From Octopus sinensis (Eukaryota): DNA of 64,000 nucleotides. The notes under the pieces are model-generated. The model worked only from the letters and a program-made list of their open reading frames with translations, was not told the DNA's origin and did no database searches. Where the stretch lies: contig NC_043000.1 of the NCBI RefSeq assembly GCF_006345805.1, forward strand, positions 110,918,001 to 110,982,000, written 5' to 3'. Below are positions 39,901 through 49,700 of the stretch, piece by piece (the first letter of the stretch is position 1; every line of letters starts with the position of its first letter). A program made the translations under genes and the position numbers.

Positions 39901-42900
39901 CTCACCCTGATATCTAGCATGTACCCCTGGATGAAGTGGTTTTCACACTTTGGGATTTGCCTCTTAATGCCAAGTAATCAGAACCATTTCCTAAACAAAA
40001 ACTGCTAAAATGGCTTTTGTCTGCCTCTGGTGTATTAAACACAACACAGCCATAAGAGATTTTATCTTAAGACAAATGCCACAGCAAATTTGCCTTTACT
40101 TCTGTTGCATAGAATGGACTGAAATGAAATGTCTTTTTACTCTAAGACACAATACAATGCCTGCAACTAGTTTTCAGTTTGTAAGCCAACACTTTTATAA
40201 TAAAGGGGTCCTCTATGTAGTCCCTCAACCTGTTAAAAATAGAGCTGCTAAATCTCCTTTAAATCACACGTTATCAAAAAAAATTAGTCATGGTTGGACT
40301 ACATTTAATTAGGACTGAGCTGAGGTTGGATAACTACAACAGCAGCAGCCGTCCAAGAATTTACACCTGGAGATCTCCATTTCTAGCAACTTCGAGGGCC
40401 ACCTCCCAGTGGTGTCGGGTGTCAACGAAGAGCCCTCGACTACAAGACGACCAAAGTTTTTTTTTTTCCAAGGTCTGGGGTCTCCCGCCCCTCAGCCCTA
40501 GACCATCACCTAATCACCCTTACCCGTCTTCTTGCTTAACAACAACAGCAACAAATGTTGGAATGTGTGGAATTCAGGAATATGCTTTTGTCTTTCAGAT
40601 ATCTTGGCAGAAAAAGATTATTTCGAAAACCAGAACCTGATGTACCTGGCACAACAATGTTGGTTTGGCCCAACTATTCCTACTGGACGTTAAGTTACAT
40701 CATGACCCTTGAAGGGGCTCAAAAGTTGTTGGATGCTGATCCCTTGTCCAAAATGATACCCGTTGATGAGTATATTCCGGTCATGTTTGACCGACATCCA
40801 GAGTAAGTCTTTTGTTTTGGCTATTTTACAACTTCCATAGTAACTTACTGCTACATAATGCTGCTGCTACTACGACTACTACTACTACTACTACTCCATG
40901 AAGGTGCATGGCCTTGTTGTAGTTAGAGTGTTGCCCTCACACTCGTCAGATCATCATCATCATCGTTTAATGTCCGTTTTCCATGCTGGCATGGGTTGGA
41001 CGGTTTGACTGTTTCTACAGTTGGATGCCCTTCCTAATGCCAACCACTCCGAGAGTGTAGTGGGTGCTTTTTTATGTGCCACCGGAATGGGAGCCAGTCA
41101 GGCAGCCTTGGCATCGATCATGTTCGCCACCAGCACAGGAGCCAGTCTGGGGTTGGTGCTTTTTACGTGCTACCGGAACGGAAGCCTGTCAGGTGGACCT
41201 GGCATCATGCGTTCAATTCCCAGCCTCAGCACTGTGTTGTGTTCTTGAACAAAACACTTCATTTCACACTATTCCATTTACATATAAGCACAAACACACT
41301 CGTGGGAATGTATAATATACAAATATACATATAAGGCTGTGCCCCAGCATGGCCGCAGTCCAGTTGACTGAAAGAAGTAAAAGATACAAAATGGGAAACT
41401 CACGAAATCTCTTCACTCGCACAAAACACTGACTTTTGCTGAAGAGGTTCCTTAATATTGTCACTAGTTATCTCCCTTCAACTGCCAGTTAGTCACTTAA
41501 CATGTCATCAACGGATTGCCGGGTTCACATCTTAATAGTTGATAGGCAAACAGCTTCTACATCGGCTGCTGCGTACAGCTCATGACTGGCCCCCAGGTGG
41601 ACAAGTGTATATCAAGGAAGTCGCCAGGGGATCGTTCAATGAGCTTGTAATATAAGGTGGTGGATTTTACGCTTATACCAAATATGTGCTATTCTCTATC
41701 ACTGCTCTTCGATCTTTCTACTGCTTTACTATAATTACTGGTATGGTAATGTCGCCACTATACTCTATACAAATACATTATCTCACCATTATACTATAAT
41801 GGCACTTGGGAAAGGGCTAGCAACGCCTCAGCTTCCTGTGCTGAGGATATGGTGAGGACATTGGCAGCAGAACTTCCCAAATCGTATATGACTCAAAAAA
41901 GAGTTATAAAGATTTGTAAGAGAGGAAACATTCCCTGATTTGACAATTTAAAATAAATTACTGGGGAACATTTTCTAGAGACTCCCTCAGCATGAAGGAC
42001 ATATAGTATCATACTTAATATAGTGACTCCCCACCCCAATACCAAGGCAGAAGACTCCAAGACCAACAGCTTGAAGGTTATTACAGCCAAACAAGATCTC
42101 TACCATCAGACAATGGTTTGGTGACAACTAACAAGTGAGCTGCTACTGTGGGGAAGCCCTGTTATCAACTAAGCTTGTTACACTCTTGTACACTACTTGA
42201 TGCTTGGCGTAGAGGCCTAGAGAGACAGTTTGGTGGGGTGACGGTTATGACCTTAACTGCCATATTCACTGTCCCGTGGTGTTTTGTTCAGAGGAATTCT
42301 GAACAGAATGGTCAACATTGACCAATGATGGATGGCCAATGACGACTCTGTTGCTATTATAGTATTATGTAAAGCATTGATCTTCCTTAAACCCATGATA
42401 AAACTGTTTCTCTAAAGTGCATATAGAATGCTCTGTAATCATTTGCAGAGGAACAGGCATGGTTGTGTGGTAAGAAGCTTGCTTCCCAGCCATATGGTTC
42501 CAGGTTCAGTCCCACTGTGTGGCACCCTGGGAAAGGGTCTTCTACTATAACCTTGGGTCAACCAAAGCCTTGTGAGTGGCACCTGGTGTCACTAACAATT
42601 CTTTCTTTGTCCACTAAGGGTTTCCCAACCAAGGGTGCTCGCACCCCTAAGGGGTGTGAGATAGCATTCTAGGGGGTGCAAGCAGGGCTGGATTTTTAGG
42701 GGTCAAAGAGAGCAATTGCCCTGGGTACCCTTATTCTTATACAAATTACTTCAAGGGGTGCAAGAACATACTGAAAGCCAAATCAAACTTATGAAATGAT
42801 ATACATATTTATAAAATTAAACTTCATAGAATTAGGAAATAAATGTCAGGGTAGACGGAGCCAAAATGAGTAATTAATGTGTAATTTTGGAGAGAGTCAT

Positions 42901-43581
42901 CTTTTTGTGCCTTATATAACACACTCACCGGTAAAATTTCCACTTTTTTGTTATTTTTATTGTCCTAAAATTTTTGTTGCGTCTTGCAACCTTTTCAATT
43001 GTTTTGACTCTCTTTTCTATAGTTTTAGGACAATAAAAATAAGAAAAAAGTGGAAATTTTACTGGTGAGTGTGTTACATTATAAGGCACAAAAAAAAAAT
43101 GACTCTCCCCAGACACGACAGAATATGCTTCAATACACAAACTCATATAAAGAATCTTGCAAACCAAATCCAAAAACGAAATATGCGTAATTATTATTTA
43201 GAAATGGGATAAAAATCAGTATTTGGGCAATTTTTAAGCCATGTAGAATATTGTAGCACATCTGAAGAATTTCACAACTCACACTTGATATCACTATTAT
43301 AGACATTATGATAAGGAATTTTCGAGAGGGAGAGTAATGTTTGTTGGTTGTTTGTCTTTTATGTTTGCAGAGATGAATGGAAATCCTTTTTCTTCCCCCG
43401 CAATTTGGTTGGACTGTCGGCAGAACCATTACTTGTGTATCCAACACATTATACTGGAGAAGCAGAGTACTTGTCTGATACTGAAGACTCAGACCTGATT
43501 GAAGGTAAAGAGGAAGAGGAAGACGAAAATGAAATTGCCGCCGCTGGTCTCAATGTTGACAGTCCGAAAGTGGAACTGTGA
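4335..43581 (+). CDS. COLGALT1: Procollagen galactosyltransferase (COLGALT1/2-like, GT25 family); 13 exons, 5'-partial, about 517 aa in window
   Basis: Thirteen AG/GT-bounded exons with compatible phases total 1555 nt. The translation follows human COLGALT1 as recalled, in order: [81 protein letters not shown], ending KVEL-stop. Confidence 0.95.
8081..8200. repeat. Four tandem copies of a 30-nt unit GAGACCCTTCTTAATGCCAACCACTTTACA inside an RTE tail
   Basis: Read directly. Confidence 0.9.
8976..9142. repeat. Compound trinucleotide microsatellite (AAT)n, (GCT)n, (ACA)n
   Basis: Read directly. Confidence 0.9.
10326..10634 (+). mobile_element. tRNA-derived SINE family C
   Basis: TGGCCCAGTGG A box, GGGTTCGATTCCC B box, short repeated GGTGATCAC tail. 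Confidence 0.7.
11443..11558 (+). CDS. COLGALT1: COLGALT exon ([11 protein letters not shown]...WADYLF)
   Basis: Polypyrimidine tract plus cag acceptor, gtaagt donor; phase matches previous exon. Confidence 0.95.
11873..11912 (+). ncRNA. Minimal type I hammerhead motif within a repeat at about 11790-11985
   Basis: CTGTTT-CTGATGA-A-GAGC-TTT-GCTC-GAAAC-ATA-AAACCAG; ACAT is probably ACGT after CpG decay. Confidence 0.65.
12414..12677. repeat. Long inverted repeat (arms 12414-12535 / 12556-12677), probable Penelope-type fold-back
   Basis: Arms of about 122 bp with a 20-nt spacer; they contain a TTGAAAA..GTC-TCAAT-GAC..AAACCGGT hammerhead-like variant. Confidence 0.75.
15120..15340. mobile_element. 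piggyBac-type MITE nested in a SINE
   Basis: TTAA on both sides; CCCTTTC...GAAAGGG termini; the host SINE resumes after the insertion. Confidence 0.85.
18266..18606 (-). mobile_element. tRNA-headed hammerhead element, full-length copy with inverted terminal arm and 8-bp TSD
   Basis: Minus strand: tRNA-like head (18508 down to about 18437), (AAT)n, hammerhead 18355-18310, 3' end. Inverted arm 18511-18606. ATAACTTA at 18261-18268 and 18609-18616. Confidence 0.8.
18660..19320. repeat. Segment bounded by diverged inverted repeats of about 85 bp (18660-18745 / 19240-19320); possible old DNA transposon
   Basis: TGCACAAAC..AAAGTAAAAAA..TATAATGAATGCAC and its reverse complement. Confidence 0.55.
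19340..20070 (-). mobile_element. RTE LINE 3' end (GRPRKTW region plus 3' UTR)
   Basis: Reverse complement of the 22650-23475 segment, with a different number of UTR modules. Confidence 0.85.
21930..23475 (+). mobile_element. 5'-truncated, decayed RTE-clade LINE (RT C-terminal region, modular 3' UTR, (GAT)n tail)
   Basis: Broken ORFs ..[40 protein letters not shown] are typical of the RTE C-terminus; ends in GATGATGAT. Confidence 0.88.
23940..24585. repeat. Long (TA)/(TG)/(CA) low-complexity tract; similar tracts at about 6890-7390, 9830-10065, 31165-31545, 32070-32410, 63450-63845
   Basis: Read directly. Confidence 0.95.
24766..24830 (+). CDS. COLGALT1: COLGALT exon ([22 protein letters not shown]), DxD motif
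   Basis: ttcag acceptor, gtaagt donor. Confidence 0.93.
26077..26161. mobile_element. Miniature fold-back copy of the tRNA-hammerhead element (two opposed 3' ends), inserted in a SINE
   Basis: Minus-strand 3' fragment joined to plus-strand tail; GTACTTATT at 26068-26076 and 26162-26170. Confidence 0.75.
26976..27051 (+). CDS. COLGALT1: COLGALT exon ([25 protein letters not shown])
   Basis: ttcag acceptor, gtaagt donor; YSNFWCG motif. Confidence 0.94.
28362..28566 (+). CDS. COLGALT1: COLGALT exon (GYYQRTPDY...[14 protein letters not shown])
   Basis: ttcag acceptor, gtaagt donor; [10 protein letters not shown] motif. Confidence 0.95.
29745..30036. mobile_element. Possible hAT-type MITE; similar remnants at about 42615-42780 and 60790-60930
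   Basis: GGGCCAC subterminal motifs and a GGTTGGCCAGCCCTG terminus; no clean 8-bp TSD seen. Confidence 0.4.
30234..30465 (+). mobile_element. 5'-truncated tRNA-hammerhead element with full tail
   Basis: B box GAGTTCGATTCC, (AAT)n, hammerhead 30341-30386, tail ...CTCTTAAATACAGAACTG. Confidence 0.8.
30915..31034 (+). CDS. COLGALT1: COLGALT exon ([12 protein letters not shown]...HIKLEMI)
   Basis: aacag acceptor, gtgagt donor; phases consistent. Confidence 0.92.
31547..32068. mobile_element. Tc1/mariner-pogo-type MITE
   Basis: TIRs CCATAAATCCTCGAGTATA / TATACTCGAGGATTTACGA, flanked by TA within a (TA)n tract. Confidence 0.8.
33481..33870. mobile_element. Penelope-like fold-back insertion: arms of about 125 bp (33481-33605 / 33648-33772) plus a one-sided extension
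   Basis: Near-perfect inverted repeat read directly; both arms carry a hammerhead; the extension resembles 655-765 in reverse complement. Confidence 0.75.
33655..33738 (+). ncRNA. Type I hammerhead ribozyme motif (mirror copy on minus strand, 33515-33598)
   Basis: Stem I GTGG/CTAC; core CTGAGGA (CTGAAGA in mirror copy); long stem II closed by TGCT/AGCA; GAAA; palindromic stem III ACAATTGT; GUA cleavage triplet. Confidence 0.7.
33953..34029 (+). CDS. COLGALT1: COLGALT exon ([25 protein letters not shown])
   Basis: ttcag acceptor, gtaaat donor; matches PSRFIS...KMGFDE. Confidence 0.92.
34594..34700 (+). CDS. COLGALT1: COLGALT exon ([13 protein letters not shown]...AVDGK), start of GT25 domain
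   Basis: tgcag acceptor, gtatgt donor. Confidence 0.95.
35918..36205 (+). mobile_element. tRNA-hammerhead element with 5' inverted tail arm
   Basis: Inverted tail 35918-35973; A box 35975-35985; B box 36018-36029; (AAT)n; hammerhead 36115-36161. Confidence 0.8.
36595..37135 (+). mobile_element. tRNA-derived SINE family B, two adjacent copies. Others at about 475-640, 17040-17200, 17885-18045, 25160-25510(-), 26000-26395(-), 35040-35205(-), 42455-42580, 51740-52130, 61350-61620(-)
   Basis: GGCATGGCTGTGTGGTAAGAAGCTTGCTTCCCAACC..GGTTCAGTCCC..CCTTGGGCAAG..GTGAGTGGATTTGGTAGACGGAAACTGAAAGAAGCCC consensus recurs. Confidence 0.8.
37330..37404 (+). CDS. COLGALT1: COLGALT exon ([25 protein letters not shown])
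   Basis: tgtag acceptor, gtgagt donor. Confidence 0.93.
38914..38971 (+). CDS. COLGALT1: COLGALT exon ([19 protein letters not shown])
   Basis: tacag acceptor, gtgagt donor; GExGCFLSH GT25 motif. Confidence 0.95.
39257..39384 (+). CDS. COLGALT1: COLGALT exon ([19 protein letters not shown]...NWDLV)
   Basis: tgtag acceptor, gtatgt donor; EDD motif. Confidence 0.95.
40599..40802 (+). CDS. COLGALT1: COLGALT exon (YLGRKRL...YSYWTLSY...MFDRHPE)
   Basis: ttcag acceptor, gtaagt donor. Confidence 0.95.
41872..42043 (+). repeat. Dispersed repeat of about 170-185 bp, second copy at 47638-47824
   Basis: Near-identical ACTTCCCAAATC..TATGACTCAAAAAA..GGGGAACATTTT..ATAGTGAC blocks. Confidence 0.8.
42892..43107. 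repeat. Inverted repeat (arms 42892-42970 / 43023-43107) with a hammerhead-like remnant in the spacer
   Basis: Arms of about 80 bp; minus strand TTGAAAA-G-GTTGC-AAGAC-GCAAC-AAAAATTTTA at 42998-42966. Confidence 0.7.
43371..43581 (+). CDS. COLGALT1: COLGALT last coding exon (DEWKSFF...PTHYTGE...SPKVEL-stop)
   Basis: tgcag acceptor; TGA stop; KDEL-like C-terminus. Confidence 0.95.
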
Positions 43582-44836
43582 AATACTTAAACATAAAACA
43601 CACACACACACACGCACACACACACACACAGCTTATAAGAGTTGGATTTAGCCAGTAGTTGGGTCCAGTGCCTGAAGAGCCTAGAACAGGTACAAGGATA
43701 TCTGGCTTTTCCCTAAAAGAAATCTTAGCCATCTTGAATTTTGAGAGAACTCCCCCATCCAGGGGCAGAAGCAGTCTTGTTCCCTTGTTCTATTTTGCCA
43801 AATTTCTTTTCAGGCTTTGCACACACACACACATTTAGTATTTTATTTTTACAAGGAAAACGTTGACAGTAACTTTGAAATATTGGTTTCATATTCATCT
43901 GGATTGATGACAGTTACTAACCTACTACTTCGATGTCACTGTCACCATTTCCTTGTAAAAGCCAAAACATAAAATAAAATATGGTTCTGTACTGAAAGGA
44001 AGAGATGGGTTCTTCAAAATAATGTTTGACTATTTTTATATAGAGCTACACAAACATTGATATTTTATAAGCCACACAAGTAGACCCATTCTAAAGCATA
44101 CGTGCACACACAGACACATCTACACATAAACACACACACAGATTAAAGCAGCTTGTAAAACTAATTTTGTTATGAAAATGTTACCATGACAACAATCATT
44201 TATAATAAGATTAGAGTTAAATACAGAGATACAAGAAAAAATTTCCTGAACCTCGAAAGAGTTTTGCCCTCGTCCCTTTCCCAACTGACCTGTACAAAAC
44301 CCCCCATAAATAACCAGTTATTTCTATTCTAAAATATTAAATTTCTTTGTATCAAAGTCATTGATATTTTTATACCAAAGTAAACTCATCACAGTTCAGG
44401 TGAGAAAAATGAAAAAAGAAATTCATTTTCAGTGGTGTTTTTTTTTTGCTTTTTCTTTTAATCCCACAGACTTTTGGACTTTCAAAACATTCTGAACCCC
44501 ACCGCCACGACCTCTCCACTGATAAAAAAATGTTTTTAAGAAAAATTGCTTTTCTTTTGCAGTCCAAACTTTTCTTTTTTTCTTTGGAATGTTCTGCCAT
44601 CAAATCATGTCATTTTCCTGGGTTTTTTTTGGTTTTTTTTGATATGTTAAAAAAAAAAATTATTTGCTTAAGAAAAAATCCTATGTTAATATTGCTTGAT
44701 GCTTCTTTCGATAAACTGATGAGAAAAATCAAGGATTTTTTTTTTAAACTATCGTCCTTAGTTCCAGTGGCTAAGATCTATAATTGGTCATCTTCAGCAG
44801 TTGTCTGTTTACTTAATTTCCTTCTCTCTCTAAATC

Positions 44837-44842
44837 AATAAA
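44837..44842 (+). promoter_or_regulatory. Candidate polyadenylation signal of COLGALT (alternative AATAAA at 43973-43978)
   Basis: AATAAA followed by T/GT-rich sequence, at the end of a repeat-poor 3' UTR-like stretch of about 1.3 kb. Confidence 0.45.
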
Positions 44843-46519
44843 GATTTTGTATTTTTATTGTTTAAATTATATTTCAATGATCATCGTTAATGTTGCATTC
44901 TTTTCTACCAATCAATCACTAACTTCGTTATGTCTCACTAACTCAACTCTAATATCAAGAAATTTATTGCCAAAGCATTGCTTGAAAATGTCATTTTTCG
45001 TTTAATCACTTTTGATTTTGTTTACCTTTGTGGTCAAGTCATGTGATCTTCAATATATCTTTCCGCTAGATTTTTCCTGTTGACCATAGGACAAAATTGT
45101 AAGAGCCTTACTCTGCTCCCTGTTACAAAAAATGACCTGCACTGCGACAGCATTTCACCAATGTCTTGTACTGCTGGCCATACTTCAATACCAGTAAGAA
45201 ACCAATAAGATCTTGATTTACTGAGCTTTAGATACAAAAATTGTGCTTTGGGTTGAAGATGTGCGTTTGAATGACACATTTTCTACAATTCTATTGAAAA
45301 GAAGCACCTCTCTATCTCCCATTTTATGTTGTGATTCTGGTTGAGATTGTGACTAAAGTATAAAGCTGTATGGAACATGTCAGCCTAACCATCTCTTGAC
45401 CTAGTTGGACAGATCTTAAGTAATAAGCTATTGTGATGACACAGCTTCTAATAGCTTGGCTTTGATAGTAATAAGCTCTCATATGCATGGTTAACAGCAT
45501 TGGCCAATGCCAGAATAGATCAGCAAAAAGTTTGTTTGCTGAAATTATAAACAAAACCATCGACTTTTATTAGATTTATTGAACTGGGTACTTCTGGCTG
45601 ATGACCTATTGGAATTGTGTCCCAGAATTCTTTGTTCTAATGAATTGTGTATGTTGTGAACACATTGCCATTGCAGAGAAGGAGCTTTTCTCCTGTGACA
45701 AACACAACAGTGATTAACATATTTGTATTCAAATCTGCCAGAATATATTAAGAATAAATGTGAAAGATACTGTTTGATCATTCTTTTCTTCTAATTTAAC
45801 TACAATACTTAACGATAGTAATTAGTATAGATAATTAATAAATAACTATAAAATAGTTATTTATTAATGCTACAAAATAGTAAAATATAACAAATACATC
45901 ATCGATTCTGATTCTTATTCGACTAACAAATCATGAAAACATTTTTAAACTTCCGGAAATTCTTCAGCCATAAACTATTTCTTGCCAAATATTATTTATC
46001 ATCCAGAAACAGTCAACTTTTTTTTGCTTTTAAGATATTCTTTCATTGATACTTTTCATATTTCTACTGAATTCTACTTTATTCTAGTTTGTATCATTTT
46101 ATTTCAGTTTTACTTGAAATATTCAATGTTGTTGCCAAATATTTGTCAAAAGACTTCATATCTAGGACTTAATACTGTGTACAAATCTATCACACACACC
46201 ACTGATGAGCTTTTCATTGAAACAAAGTGTCCAACCTTAATATTTACATTTATATGTCATTATATATATATATATATGGCAGAATCGTTAGCATGCCGGG
46301 CAAAATGCTTAGGGGTATTTCGTCTGCTGTTACGTTCTGAGTTCAAATACCCCCAAGTTTGACTTTGCTTTGCATCTTTCAGAGTCGATAAATTAAGTAC
46401 CAGTTACGCACTGGGGTCGATGTAATCGACTTAATCCCTTTGTCCTTGTTTGTCCCCTCTGTGCTTAACCCCCTGTGGACGATGGAGAAAAATATATATA
46501 TATATATATAACTATATAA

Positions 46520-46715
46520 GGGGAGAGTTCAAGAAAAAAACAAAAGACAAAGACAGGTGGTGTATAAAACAAATAGATGTATTAGTATAACGCTCAGAAA
46601 ATTGAAAAAGTCTTTTACGTTTTGAGCCTATGCTCTTCTACAGAAAGGGACACAGAAAAAAACAAGGAGAGAAACGAGGAGAGAAAAAAAATGTGTGTAG
46701 TGGCTAACAATCTGT
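46520..46715 (-). mobile_element. Repeat related to 11790-11985 with a decayed hammerhead (46609-46650); 3' fragment also at about 32220-32295
   Basis: Reverse complement reads CTTT-CTGTAGA-A-GAGC-ATAG-GCTC-AAAACGTA-AAAG, followed by CTGAGC...CTAATACAT as in the 11.9-kb copy. Confidence 0.6.
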
Positions 46716-49700
46716 CTTAAAGTACAAAGATCACATCAAAAAACCACAATCTATACAAGCTGTATCCAGACATATCTGGCAGAGGGTGCATCATTACAGC
46801 AGACACGGGGTGCATCAAGACACCACACCTTACATCAAGGTATTTTGAAATATCACCAGAATGTGATGCAATCCTCCCTCCCTCCCTCTTCCACCCAATA
46901 ATTACAAGGGTGAAACGGGTATAACCATTGAAAAGTAATTGGTTATGAGGAAGGATTTGATCTCATTTCATGTCAGTTTATTGAATGAATTGGTATCCCT
47001 GTGTGATATGCTAGAGTAAAGGATAGCCTGGTTACTCCCAGAAGTCTCCAGTCTGTGAAATGATCAGTGTCCTTTAATCAGAATTCCAACCGAAAAGTCC
47101 ATTAAATATAGTCACATTGTTGTTCATGGTTGGTCAGTAGAGAACGATGTATTTCATGTAGCAAGACCCCCTCCCCCTGACAAACATTGATTGATTTAAA
47201 TCCCACCCTTAAGAAAGAAAAAAAGTAAATAGCGTAATTTTGTTTTTCTTTCTGCTCTAGGCACAAGGCCTGAAATTTTATGGGGCAAAGGCTAGTTTGT
47301 TATATTGATCTCAATGCTTAAATTGTATTTTATCAACTCTGGAAGGATGAAAGGCAAAGTTGACCTCGGTGGAGTTTGAACTCAGAACATAAAATCTGAA
47401 GAAATGCCACCAAACATTTTGTCTGGTGTGCTAACAATTCCACCAGCTTGCTGCCTGATTATAGCTTAATTACTGGTTAATCCTTATTATGAAAGACAAA
47501 GGTAGACAACTCTAGAATTCAAACTAAAAATCAAATCTGAAAATGCAGTTTGAGGTATGACGGAGGATGTTTAAGTATGAGGACAACTCTGGATATGTTT
47601 CATTTTTATTTAGGCCTCCTCAGCAAAATATATTATTTACTTCCCAAATCTTATATGACTCAAAAAAAAGTTATAAAGATTTGTAAGAGGGGAAACATTC
47701 CTTGATTTGACAATTTAAAATAAATTACTGGGGAACATTTTTCAGAGACTCCCTCTGCATGAAGTACACATAGTTTAGTTACGGCTATCATACTTAGTAT
47801 AGTGACACCCCGCCCCACTACCAAATGATTGATTAATTTATTATTAGGTTTAATGATTCTTGAAAAGAAAGGCAAGGGAGAAAACTCATCAAAATCAAAT
47901 GAGGTGGAAGCTTGCAGTGTAGTGGTGGGGGTGAGAGGGTTAGTTTAAAGGAAAAAGGATGAAGTGGTTTAGGATCATTTTAGGGATTAAAGTAAAGATT
48001 AGGGATGACTACTGCCAGGAGTGTGATTATTGCTTAGTTTCAACAGTTGCAAGTTTGTGGCTGTTTGAAAATGTAGAAAGCCTGCATCTGAATGGAATAA
48101 CATGGACCAACTCATTCCAACCTCTGGCCCACTGGCATGCCATGTCCTCTCCCTCTATTTTTATACCACTGCTATCAGTCGTACAAACACTGTTGTCTGT
48201 TTCTAGTCTTCCATGAGAAACATCTGTGGCTGTGGGGGAAATATTACTTTGCCTGGAAACAAGCAAGAGTTGGTGACAGGTAGAGCATCCAGCTGTAGAA
48301 AATCTGCCTCAACAGATTCTGTCTAACCCATGCCAGCATGGAAATATGGATGTTAAATGATGATAACTATACAAGGGTCCTTATATGGGCTCAAAACATC
48401 TCATGGTGTGAACACAAGAAAAAATAGTTTTATGGACACATCCCACCCACCTCGATGCAAGGGTAGGTTTTACTGGAGACAATGCCATATCAGTTATTCT
48501 GCTCTAGAGAATTTCATACTCTGATGGAGGGCAAAGGTCATTGAAATAGAGTGGGGTTGTTTGCAAGGCCTGGTGCTCTGTCGGTTGCAACTATGAGTGT
48601 TTCAGGTGATACAATCGACCAAACAGCCAGCTCATTGAACAAATGTGCTAGTGGCTGAGTGCTCCACAGATGCACATGCCCTTAATGTAGTTCTCAAGGA
48701 GATTCAGTGTGGCACAGAATGTGACAAGGCTGGCCCCCTTGGAATTACAGGTACAACTCATTTTTTCCAGCTGAGTGGAACTGGGGCAACGTGAAATAAA
48801 GCGTCTTGCTCAAGGACACAATATACTAACAGGAATCGAACTCCCAACCTTACGATCATGAACCGAATACCTCAACCACTAAGCTATGAAGTTGATTAGG
48901 AGCACAAGACAAAAAATAGCAAGCTAAAGGAGGACATAGATTCCGAGTATGGTATTAATGTCAGTGACAGCAGCTTGTGGAAGAAGATAATGGCCTCTGC
49001 TCCTCAGAGGCTGATTTCATGTCACTTCCGTGTGTTCTTGACTCACTTGTCTATCCTCCTCCTGTCAATTGTATTGCGTCACCACCTACACAGGGCCCAC
49101 ACTAACCCCTAAACCCATTTCTTCCTGTTGCCACCTATACTGGGCCCACACTAACCCCTAAACACATTCCTTCCTGTCACCACCTACGCTGGGCCCATAC
49201 TTCAGCAAAATCTTTGTTGTCGTATTTCTCCAATCCACTCAACTATGCTAGACTGGCAACCGATTCAGAGGGAATATTGTGACTCCTGTCCCTTACAAGC
49301 CATGGCTGACCAATTCCATAAATCCTAGGACTTGAGACTAATATTCAGGGGCTGATCACAATGAAAGGGTTTGTTGCTATTTAGAGGTGAATTATTCTTG
49401 AGAAGGGTTTATGTTTCAATCTTGACAATCGGTGTCAGGGTATGAGGAGACATTGTTAGGAAGATTTACTATAAAAATAAAAGATAAAATAAAAAAAAAA
49501 CTGAAGAATATTTCCACAAGGAAACAATCAAATATTAATTCTATAAAATTTTTGGAAAATTGTTTTTTAATCTAATTGATTAAAAAAGGTTGGGTTGGGT
49601 GGGCTGGGAATATTTACTGATTTGCTAATATGTCACAGAGGTAAAAGTTTGGAATCTCACAACAACAATGTTTTTTTCTTGTATTCTTGCTTTTGCTCAA

